From: Octopus bimaculoides
Lineage: Eukaryota
Reading direction: 5' to 3'
DNA length: 37,690 bases
Assembly: GCF_001194135.2 (NCBI RefSeq)
Contig: NC_068992.1
Location: 28,141,035 to 28,178,724, forward strand
Notes under the pieces: model-generated
Told to the model about the DNA's origin: nothing
Database searches by the model: none
Seen by the model: the letters and a program-made list of their open reading frames with translations, nothing else
Made by a program: the position numbers and the translations under genes
Shown here: positions 24,465-34,194 of the stretch, piece by piece
How positions within the stretch are numbered: the stretch's first letter is position 1
Layout of the letters: the number at the start of each line of letters is the position of its first letter

Positions 24465-25327
24465 NNNNNNNNNNNNNNNNNNNNNNNNNNNNNNNNNNNN
24501 NNNNNNNNNNNNNNNNNNNNNNNNNNNNNNNNNNNNNNNNNNNNNNNNNNNNNNNNNNNNNNNNNNNNNNNNNNNNNNNNNNNNNNNNNNNNNNNNNNNN
24601 NNNNNNNNNNNNNNNNNNNNNNNNNNNNNNNNNNNNNNNNNNNNNNNNNNNNNNNNNNNNNNNNNNNNNNNNNNNNNNNNNNNNNNNNNNNNNNNNNNNN
24701 NNNNNNNNNNNNNNNNNNNNNNNNNNNNNNNNNNNNNNNNNNNNNNNNNNNNNNNNNNNNNNNNNNNNNNNNNNNNNNNNNNNNNNNNNNNNNNNNNNNN
24801 NNNNNNNNNNNNNNNNNNNNNNNNNNNNNNNNNNNNNNNNNNNNNNNNNNNNNNNNNNNNNNNNNNNNNNNNNNNNNNNNNNNNNNNNNNNNNNNNNNNN
24901 NNNNNNNNNNNNNNNNNNNNNNNNNNNNNNNNNNNNNNNNNNNNNNNNNNNNNNNNNNNNNNNNNNNNNNNNNNNNNNNNNNNNNNNNNNNNNNNNNNNN
25001 NNNNNNNNNNNNNNNNNNNNNNNNNNNNNNNNNNNNNNNNNNNNNNNNNNNNNNNNNNNNNNNNNNNNNNNNNNNNNNNNNNNNNNNNNNNNNNNNNNNN
25101 NNNNNNNNNNNNNNNNNNNNNNNNNNNNNNNNNNNNNNNNNNNNNNNNNNNNNNNNNNNNNNNNNNNNNNNNNNNNNNNNNNNNNNNNNNNNNNNNNNNN
25201 NNNNNNNNNNNNNNNNNNNNNNNNNNNNNNNNNNNNNNNNNNNNNNNNNNNNNNNNNNNNNNNNNNNNNNNNNNNNNNNNNNNNNNNNNNNNNNNNNNNN
25301 NNNNNNNNNNNNNNNNNNNNNNNNNNN

Positions 25328-25694
25328 CAGTACCCAGTAGTGCAATTTTCTGTATGTTATATATATTTGTAAGTCCTGGTGTTTTTGTTATGTATTTGTC
25401 TGAATATTTTTTTATTATACCTAAGGCACCTACTATGATAGGAATTGTTTCTGTTTTTAGATTCCACATTCGAGTTATCTCTATTTCCAGGTCTTTGTAT
25501 TTTGAAAGTTTTTCCATTTCTTTTAGAGAAACGTTGTCATCTGCTGGTATTGAAACATCAATTAGAAGGCATTTTTTTCCTTCATGATCTTTGACAACTA
25601 TATCTGGTCTATTCGCCTTAATTTCTCTATCTGTGTGTATTGGCATATCCCAGAGTATGGTTGCTTTCTCGTTTTCTGTGACCTTTTCTGGCGT
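25328..25694 (-). mobile_element. 5'-truncated R4/Dong-type non-LTR retrotransposon, restriction-like endonuclease domain with an open frame; 3' end lost in the gap
   Basis: TPEKVTENEKATILWDMPIHTDREIKANRPDIVVKD...CLLIDVSIPADDNV..KEMEKLSKYKDLEIEITRMW...PIIVGALG...IQKIALLGT carries the PD-(D/E)xK RLE motif. Confidence 0.92.
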
Positions 25695-25974
25695 AAGGCT
25701 CAGGTTTGGTTTTATTCCTGGTAGGATTTATGTGGGTAGCAGATAACCTTAGGTATCCACACGTTTTTAGCAGTCTTTCAAGTGCTTAGAACTCTCCTAT
25801 ATATACTGTGAAGCGCTCGATCAGTTAATAGGTTAGGTTAAAGATATAATAAAAAACACAAAATGCCTTGTGAAATACAGCTACCCAGGGTTTCCTGAAA
25901 TATTAATTTATTTCGCCATTTATCAATCTTCCTTGCATTATTGTAGCTTTCGAATGACGACATCCCACTAGAAG

Positions 25975-26148
25975 CGCAGGCAGACATTCCTCCTGAACGG
26001 GTTTTCAGTCTGTCGCAGTATTAGCGATTCCTAGGTGAGTGGCTTGGAGCAACGTGTTTTGCTCAAGAACACAACGCACCACCGGTCAGGGAATCGAAAC
26101 CACGATCTTGTTGTCAGAACTGCAAAACCTTAATCCTAGGCCACGCAC
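25975..26148 (-). mobile_element. SINE C' head with a different body
   Basis: ggagcaacgtgtttttgctcaagaacacaacgcaccaccggtcagggaatcgaaaccacg...cctaggccacgc. Confidence 0.75.
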
Positions 26149-26273
26149 ACAATGTAGACACACGCAGAAACATATATCAGTTATATGACTCGGTAGATTA
26201 TTGAGCGAGTATTCTGTTCTGTATGATGTTCTCACTTAATTCAAGTTTTTCAACTCACTATATTACATGTATG

Positions 26274-26624
26274 GGAGGCGCAATGGCCCAGTGGTTAGGT
26301 TTCGATTCCCAGACCGGGCGTTGTGAGTGTTTATTGAGCGAAAACACCTAAAAGCTCCACGAGGCTCCGGCAGGGGATGGTGGTGAACCCTATTGCACTC
26401 TTTCACCACAACTTTCTCTCACTCTATCTTCCTGTTTCTGTTGTGCCTGTAATTCAAAAGGTCAGCCTTGTCACACTGTGTCACGCTGAATATCCCCGAG
26501 AACTACGTTAAAGGTACACGTGTCTGTGGAGTGCTCAGCCACTTGCACGTTAATTTCACGAGCAGGCTGTTCCGTTGATCGGATCAACTGGAACCCTCGA
26601 CGTCGTAAGAGACGGAGTGCCAAC
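26274..26624 (+). mobile_element. SINE family C with a 29-nt deletion between the A and B boxes
   Basis: Aligns to 9475-9857 except for the absence of 9501-9529. Confidence 0.92.
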
Positions 26625-27092
26625 ATTACTTGTATGACATTATAATGATTGTGTGTGTGTGTGCGTGTGCCTGCGTGCGTTCGTATGTAACTATGTGTGA
26701 TAAATTACTTAATAAATTACTTGATTGATTAATTAATTAATTTTACCCTTTGTTTTTATTATACATATATATAGATAGATATAGATATATATATAATGTA
26801 TATACGTGGCTTTGATCACATATACGTGTACATTTTACCTGTTCCACTCCCTCAATTTGGAATTTTATTCGCGTTTTTAACACCATTAGTTGCTTAGTGT
26901 GAGCTATATCGAATTTCTTTGGAATTTTGATGTGGGTAAAAGTGTATAACTCTTGATGCCAATAAGTTGTTATCACAACTTATCGTATACTGCCCACTTT
27001 TTGTTCTTCATACTGGCCACCTACTACTTGAAGCTTACAAAACTCCTACACTCCCTGGATCATATTTATATAAATATATATGTATAAGTATA

Positions 27093-27795
27093 NNNNNNNN
27101 NNNNNNNNNNNNNNNNNNNNNNNNNNNNNNNNNNNNNNNNNNNNNNNNNNNNNNNNNNNNNNNNNNNNNNNNNNNNNNNNNNNNNNNNNNNNNNNNNNNN
27201 NNNNNNNNNNNNNNNNNNNNNNNNNNNNNNNNNNNNNNNNNNNNNNNNNNNNNNNNNNNNNNNNNNNNNNNNNNNNNNNNNNNNNNNNNNNNNNNNNNNN
27301 NNNNNNNNNNNNNNNNNNNNNNNNNNNNNNNNNNNNNNNNNNNNNNNNNNNNNNNNNNNNNNNNNNNNNNNNNNNNNNNNNNNNNNNNNNNNNNNNNNNN
27401 NNNNNNNNNNNNNNNNNNNNNNNNNNNNNNNNNNNNNNNNNNNNNNNNNNNNNNNNNNNNNNNNNNNNNNNNNNNNNNNNNNNNNNNNNNNNNNNNNNNN
27501 NNNNNNNNNNNNNNNNNNNNNNNNNNNNNNNNNNNNNNNNNNNNNNNNNNNNNNNNNNNNNNNNNNNNNNNNNNNNNNNNNNNNNNNNNNNNNNNNNNNN
27601 NNNNNNNNNNNNNNNNNNNNNNNNNNNNNNNNNNNNNNNNNNNNNNNNNNNNNNNNNNNNNNNNNNNNNNNNNNNNNNNNNNNNNNNNNNNNNNNNNNNN
27701 NNNNNNNNNNNNNNNNNNNNNNNNNNNNNNNNNNNNNNNNNNNNNNNNNNNNNNNNNNNNNNNNNNNNNNNNNNNNNNNNNNNNNNNNNNNNNNN
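27093..27795. other. Assembly gap (N) flanked by TA-rich tracts
   Basis: N run. Confidence 1.
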
Positions 27796-27808
27796 TATAT
27801 ATATATAT

Positions 27809-27866
<58 letters not shown>

Positions 27867-28241
27867 TTATTTATATATATATATGTACACATACACCCAC
27901 TAACACATACTTTTACGATTATAATCGCCTGTCATACACTCGTTTCTTAGGTTTTAAAATTATTTTCCTCTTCGCCTTGTGACCAAATAAATTGCCTATT
28001 TGCAAGGATGCCCAGGGCGACTGAAATATATAAACATGATTTAATAGTGAAGGTACAGAACATAGCGAGCTGTTAATAGACTGCTTTATATTAGTTAGTG
28101 TCTTTCTTTCACACGGCTACTTTCCCCGACCCCCAAAACCCCCACCAAACACTGAACATTGAATTGATTGAATCAAGTAGAGTAATGAATGCGTATTTTA
28201 AGGCCATATGGTAGAATTTTAAACTATGAAGGGGAAATTGG

Positions 28242-28454
28242 ATATTGGTTTCAAATTTTGGCTGAAGGCCAGCAACTTCGCAGGTGGATGTAAGTCGATT
28301 ACATCGACTTAGGTGTTCAACTGGTACTTATTTTATCCCTCCCGAAAGGATGAAAAGCAAAGTAGACCTCGGTGGAATTTGTGAATACGTGAAAACGTAC
28401 GAAATTCTGCTAAAAATTTAGAGTGGCGCGTAACAATTTTTCCAGCTAACTGCT
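28242..28454 (-). mobile_element. SINE-A with tail type A2, diverged
   Basis: atattggtttcaaattttggc...gtcgattacatcgac...aagtagacctcggtggaattt...tccagctaactgc. Confidence 0.85.
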
Positions 28455-28493
28455 TTGGGCAACTTCAATATTAGCAATATTTGATTCTGGGAA

Positions 28494-28704
28494 AGCGGCG
28501 AGCTGGCAGAGACGTTAGCACACGGGACGAGATGATTAGCAGTATGTCACCTGTCTTTACGTTCTCAGATCAAACTCTGCCGAGGTCGACTTTGTCATTC
28601 ATCTTTTCGGGGTCGATAAATTAAGTACCAGTTGCGTACTGGGGATCGATCTAATCGACTGGCCCCCTCCCCCAAAATTTCGGGCCTTGTGCCTAGAGTA
28701 GAAA
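28494..28704 (+). mobile_element. SINE-A, full length, tail type A1
   Basis: agcggcgagctggcagagacgttagcac...gccgaggtcgactttg...ccttgtgcctagagtagaaa. Confidence 0.92.
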
Positions 28705-29105
28705 TACGCAACATTTTAATACAATAATACCAATATTATAAGTACAATGCAATGAATATAGAATTTTGATTCATTAGTTCTCATTAAGTCGTCTAAGTAT
28801 TAATCACGATTTGTATTAATATGTTTATAGAGAAGGATACTAGCAGCGAAACACCTCTTAAATCACTCCTTACTGTCTTAAAAAAGGATAGAAAATGTTA
28901 GATAAAGTAGACGTACATATCCCTAAAAATGGCAATGATAATATTTAGAATGCCTGGTGACAGGTCTACTGGATCATTGTTGACCAAGGGCTAAACTACA
29001 ACAACAACAACTTGTCCAAATGCTATTAAACACTTCGTTCACTGCTCAATCATATTCGGCAACTCAAGTGCTCTCAGCGTGTGAACTAATTAATCAGAAA
29101 CAATC

Positions 29106-29164
<59 letters not shown>
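29106..29164. repeat. (GA)n
   Basis: Direct reading. Confidence 0.97.
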
Positions 29165-29168
<4 letters not shown>

Positions 29169-29437
29169 GCAAATGAAAGTTTAATTATAAAGAAACAATA
29201 AAATGATAAAGGTACAAATTAAAGTTGAATCTTTAAATAATTCATCACATTTAATTGAACGCTTTTAAGTCTTGTAACTGTTATTTCTTTTCTCACAATG
29301 CAATAAAATTCAATAAAATTCATTGAAATTCTGTTTTCTTATTGAAAAGAATAACTTAACATATGAATATAAAGATGAAATTTTCTCCAATTAAATTCAT
29401 CAAGGAAAATATCATTTTATTTGTCGATATATTTTGA

Positions 29438-29746
29438 TGACGTTATGCTCAATGAGAAGTTTGAAACGAACGGCAGTGACGTGTGCTATTTTTGCTGAGC
29501 CAATCATACGAGTTAGCTTTGATTTCTAGTCGAAGCAATTTTACTTCGCTCAAATCTCTAATACCATTGAGAAAACAATGAAATTCATAGAGTTTATCTC
29601 TGCCATAAACGAACTATCTTGTATATAAGTAGTAAACCTTACAATACGACCAGGGACGGACGATCTTTTGATTTGGGTTATAAATTGTTACATTGGAACA
29701 AAACCCCTAAAGTGTAAAACATTCCTGGTAGTTGTTTTATTGACGT
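29438..29746 (+). promoter_or_regulatory. Promoter-like motif cluster: TGACGT at 29438, 29477 and 29741; CCAAT at 29500; TATATAA at 29622
   Basis: Motif matches only, in non-repetitive sequence; no transcript evidence. Confidence 0.2.
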
Positions 29747-30094
29747 CTAGGGTGGGAATAACAATGTCGAACACTAATAAGAGTCCAGTGCCAAGAGATT
29801 TTACTCCAGTTCCTTACCAGTTCTGCTACTGCACCAGCATTTTTTTTAAATCTGGAAATCTTATTCAGAAGAGGTAAAGGAATCGTTTGTATAATTCTTC
29901 ACTGAAATTTTGACCAATTTGATACAAAAATAACCAAAGAAAGAAGTTTTCTCTTAATCTTTTTAAAAAAATTTTTCTTGAGCCCTAGGATTCGCAAGAC
30001 TGGTTACTCGGTTTCCGTGGTGCACAAGTGACCGAGACCACAAAATTACCCGTGAAGGGGTCTCTGATCCGTTTCAGGAGTCAAGGCTCTCAGT

Positions 30095-30236
30095 TTAGAG
30101 AGAAGAGAACAAGTCGATTATATCGACCTCAGTACTTGATTGGTACTTTATTTTATCGACTCTGAAGATACGAAAAGAAAAGTTGACTTTGTTGGGGTTT
30201 GAACTCAGAACATAAAGAGACGGAAGAAATACTGCT
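30095..30236 (-). mobile_element. SINE-A, partial
   Basis: aagtcgattatatcgacctcagtacttgattggtactttattttatcgac...tttgaactcagaac. Confidence 0.8.
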
Positions 30237-30689
30237 TGGTTATTTATAGGAAGGCGATATGTAAATAAACAATCGACTGATTCAACATAACTGAATTATA
30301 TCTGCTGATGGATTAATGAGATAAAATACATTTTTTCCCATGAAGGGAACTAAAACTTTATTCTGTAAATGTATTGCATTTATCTGACACAAATATGAAA
30401 TAGTTTTAAAGTACTTGTCTGTCTTTGCTCAAACATTTTCCCAAAATTGGTGATAAGCTGATTTGACTTCAAAAGAACTGTCTAAGAAAGATTTACAGGA
30501 GAGGCATCTAATTGCTATATTCTAGTCCTCACTGTACAAGTTCAAATATCATCAAATCTAAATTTGAATTTTTACCTTTGAGGAGTCAGCAAATTCAGTT
30601 CGAGAAATATATTTGTATTTATTAAACTGATACAGCCCTTCATTAAGAAGTTAGTGTTATAGCAAACAACTCAAACGGTTACAAGGTCC

Positions 30690-31082
30690 TTATTGTGGTG
30701 TAGGAGCTTGTATGCCTCAATGATCCTTAAAGCTATGTCACCATTGTGCAAGCTCCTCGTAGGGTCCTCCATGCTGGAGAGGTCAACGGCCAGACACCAT
30801 CTCTTCCCAGAGGTAAGAATAGGTTTGCGTTGGGCCAACACCACTTTTCTGTATTAAAAAAAAAAAACAAACAAACTTGCAGAAGCATGGATGACAATAC
30901 TAAAACCAGCAAGATCTGGGAAAGGAAAGGGTTCTCTCAGGAAAACATAAGTGGAGGGATATCGAGGCAGAGTTGAGGAAGAAAGGATTCAACTACAGAG
31001 AAACAGAAAAGACGGTTTAAAATAGAGACTAGAAGAGAAAAGTCGTCGATGACCTATGCTCTATAGGGAGCGAAGGGCTTAA
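30690..31082 (+). mobile_element. Bipartite non-autonomous RTE-clade element (5' UTR fused to the ORF C-terminus and 3' end)
   Basis: From 30952 it translates as WRDIEAELRKKGFNYRETEKTV*NRD*KRKVVDDLCSIGSEGL, resembling the RTE C-terminal pattern W...DR..W...V..LC. The 5' part cctcaatgatcct...agctatg...ctcctcgtagggtc...ggccagac resembles RTE/Expander-type 5' UTRs (from recall). A second copy lies at 21150. Confidence 0.8.
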
Positions 31083-31237
31083 CAACAAACAAACAGATCA
31101 AAATATGGTCTAATGAACAAGAGTTAAGGTGAGAGCCCAAGTTCTAGTGTATATATCATGAGTGATAAAAGCCCCTGTGTTTTGGGGACAAGTGAATGTC
31201 CCAAGTCAGCCTTGATCAAGCGAATATATTTGGTGAG

Positions 31238-31297
31238 AAAGAGTACTCGCCATTGTCATTCAACCCTTTTTTTTAAAGACAATGGCGAGTACCCTTT
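31238..31297. other. Inverted repeat: perfect 15-bp stem (31243-31257 with 31278-31292), extendable to 19/20, with a 20-nt loop
   Basis: gtactcgccattgtc and gacaatggcgagtac are exact reverse complements. Confidence 0.9.
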
Positions 31298-31301
31298 GAT
31301 G

Positions 31302-31500
31302 GAGAGAGAGAGAGAGAGAATGAAAGAGAGAAAGAATGAAAGAAAGGGAGAGAGAATGACGGACGGAGAGAATGAAAGAGAGCGAGATTGGGAATTAAAG
31401 AGAGGGAGAGAGAGAGAGAGTGAAGGAGAGAGAGAATGAAGAAGAGGGAGAAAGAGAACGAAGGGGTGGGAGAGAGGGAATTAAAAAGAGGGAGAGGGAG
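31302..31500. repeat. GA-rich low-complexity tract
   Basis: Direct reading. Confidence 0.9.
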
Positions 31501-31825
31501 ATAGAGTACTGAACTTATTAACTAGATTGGAACTTTATTTATCGACCCAAAAGCATGAAATGGGTAAGTGTAAGTTGATCATGGCTGGTTTCAGCCTTAG
31601 AATACAGAATACAGACAACCAAAACAACTATAGCAAGGCTTAATATTCGGCGCATTAGCGTCTCCAGTTTGCAGTCTGTGGTTAAGAACAATTGGTTAAG
31701 AGCCATCAGGCGGCAAAAATGAGGCAGTTTAAAACATTAACCCATGGGTCATGAATACAAGAAACGACAACAAGACATTCGAACTTGCGACCAATTTGGC
31801 TTTAGGATTTTAAATTTGGATATAT

Positions 31826-32214
31826 TTTTATCTTTTACTTGTTTCAGTCATTTGACTGCGGCCATGTTGGAGCACCGCCTTGAAGGATTTAGTCGAACGA
31901 ATCGACCCCAGGACTTATTTTTTTCTAAAACAAAAACTCAGTACTTATTCAATCGGCCTCTATTTGCCGAACCGATAAGTTACAGGAACGTAAACACATC
32001 AACACCGGTTGTCAAGCGGTGATGGAGGGACAAAACACACACACACACACGACGGGTTTCTTTCAGTTTCCATCAACTAAATCCACTCATTAGGCTTTGG
32101 TCGACGCGCGGATATAGTAGAAGACACTTGCCCAAGGTGCCACGCAGTGGGACTGAACCTACAACCATACGGTTGGGAAGCGAGCTTCTTACAACACAGC
32201 CAAGCCTGCGCCTA
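31826..32214 (-). mobile_element. SINE family B, full length, with internal (AC)8
   Basis: ttttacttgtttcagtcatttgactgcggccatgttggagcaccgcc...acacttgcccaaggtgccacgcagtgggactgaacc...cacagccaagcctgcgccta. Confidence 0.92.
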
Positions 32215-32699
32215 TGTGCACTAATGCTGGTGATTATGGTAGTGAATATAAATGTAAGTTAATGTGTCTTATGACTATAAGTGCTTGCGCACGCGCGCGT
32301 GTGCATGTGTAACTATCAACGGTATTTATGTGAAGCAAAGATTATTAATCTTTGCATCAATCAAAAATATTTCATACGATAGTTTATTTGACAAAGTCTC
32401 ACAACCTTCCAGTTCTTTACCTAAGGCAAATATATAATCCTTGCTCCGAGATCTAAAACAAAGACGTTGAAAGTACATACATACGCATATATATACATAC
32501 TACGTACATGCATACATGCATACATATATTCATATAATAATGAACTCTTACATCGAAGACGACGTATGAGCGTTCAACTTTTTGCCGAACGACCTGCACA
32601 AATGGTTTGTCTACAGTGATCAAATATATGTGCTCGACATCAGCTTACTCTCCCTCCCTCCCTCAAATCGACGTTGTCTGAACAGGTGCACTGTGTGCC

Positions 32700-32840
32700 A
32701 CGTGTCAGGTTTCGAAGTGATCGCAAAGCAACGAGGGATGAAGTATTTTGCTCAAGAACACAACGCACTAGCAGGTCTAGGAATTGAAACCACGACTTCG
32801 CGATCGTGAGTCCAACACCCTAACCACTAGGTCATGCACT
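32700..32840 (-). mobile_element. SINE C' head
   Basis: gcaacgagggatgaagtattttgctcaagaacacaacgcac...ggaattgaaaccacg...ccctaaccactaggtcatgc. Confidence 0.8.
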
Positions 32841-32853
32841 CTCATATATATAT

Positions 32854-33843
32854 NNNNNNNNNNNNNNNNNNNNNNNNNNNNNNNNNNNNNNNNNNNNNNN
32901 NNNNNNNNNNNNNNNNNNNNNNNNNNNNNNNNNNNNNNNNNNNNNNNNNNNNNNNNNNNNNNNNNNNNNNNNNNNNNNNNNNNNNNNNNNNNNNNNNNNN
33001 NNNNNNNNNNNNNNNNNNNNNNNNNNNNNNNNNNNNNNNNNNNNNNNNNNNNNNNNNNNNNNNNNNNNNNNNNNNNNNNNNNNNNNNNNNNNNNNNNNNN
33101 NNNNNNNNNNNNNNNNNNNNNNNNNNNNNNNNNNNNNNNNNNNNNNNNNNNNNNNNNNNNNNNNNNNNNNNNNNNNNNNNNNNNNNNNNNNNNNNNNNNN
33201 NNNNNNNNNNNNNNNNNNNNNNNNNNNNNNNNNNNNNNNNNNNNNNNNNNNNNNNNNNNNNNNNNNNNNNNNNNNNNNNNNNNNNNNNNNNNNNNNNNNN
33301 NNNNNNNNNNNNNNNNNNNNNNNNNNNNNNNNNNNNNNNNNNNNNNNNNNNNNNNNNNNNNNNNNNNNNNNNNNNNNNNNNNNNNNNNNNNNNNNNNNNN
33401 NNNNNNNNNNNNNNNNNNNNNNNNNNNNNNNNNNNNNNNNNNNNNNNNNNNNNNNNNNNNNNNNNNNNNNNNNNNNNNNNNNNNNNNNNNNNNNNNNNNN
33501 NNNNNNNNNNNNNNNNNNNNNNNNNNNNNNNNNNNNNNNNNNNNNNNNNNNNNNNNNNNNNNNNNNNNNNNNNNNNNNNNNNNNNNNNNNNNNNNNNNNN
33601 NNNNNNNNNNNNNNNNNNNNNNNNNNNNNNNNNNNNNNNNNNNNNNNNNNNNNNNNNNNNNNNNNNNNNNNNNNNNNNNNNNNNNNNNNNNNNNNNNNNN
33701 NNNNNNNNNNNNNNNNNNNNNNNNNNNNNNNNNNNNNNNNNNNNNNNNNNNNNNNNNNNNNNNNNNNNNNNNNNNNNNNNNNNNNNNNNNNNNNNNNNNN
33801 NNNNNNNNNNNNNNNNNNNNNNNNNNNNNNNNNNNNNNNNNNN
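32854..33843. other. Assembly gap (N) flanked by (TA)n
   Basis: N run. Confidence 1.
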
Positions 33844-34043
33844 ATATATATGTATATATATCGTCAGTATTTCATATATCCAGAAAAGAAGCACGCTCTA
33901 AAGCGTAGGATAGTAGGGTGAGGTTTAAGTGCAATTTGGTTACCCTTTCTAGCAGGTCCAGTGTCATTGGCTCTCAGAAATATCGATTTATAGGTTGATT
34001 GGCTTACTAACATTGATCACTGTGCTTGCTCTTTCCTCTCCAG

Positions 34044-34194
34044 AACGCTACCAGCTCTTTGGAAGTCATCCTTTGCACATGTCACTCCTGCAGTTATCGA
34101 CTTGGAAACAGTTTAAATGGTACACTAACAGAATCAATGTCATCAGTATCGGGGAGTCTGTGGAGCCCACTTATCTAGACCTAGCTAAAATAAA
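34044..34194 (+). CDS. Candidate terminal exon: strong acceptor at 34043/34044. The phase-2 frame gives TLPALWKSSFAHVTPAVIDLETV* (stop 34114-34116); the phase-0 frame gives NATSSLEVILCTCHSCSYRLGNSLNG...WSPLI*. AATAAA at 34189-34194.
   Basis: TACTAAC at 34005-34011, an AG-free pyrimidine-rich stretch, and CAG at 34041-34043. The true frame and product are unknown. Confidence 0.4.

Noticed and set aside
29818-29851. Minus-strand 34-nt exon candidate (FKKNAGAVAEL, donor GTAAGG)
   Set aside because: There is a competing AG 8 nt upstream, no good branch point and no partner exons.
7079-33908. Long ORFs of 180-400 aa spanning N runs
   Set aside because: Their length comes from assembly gaps; only the RLE part of 24453-25646 is real homology.
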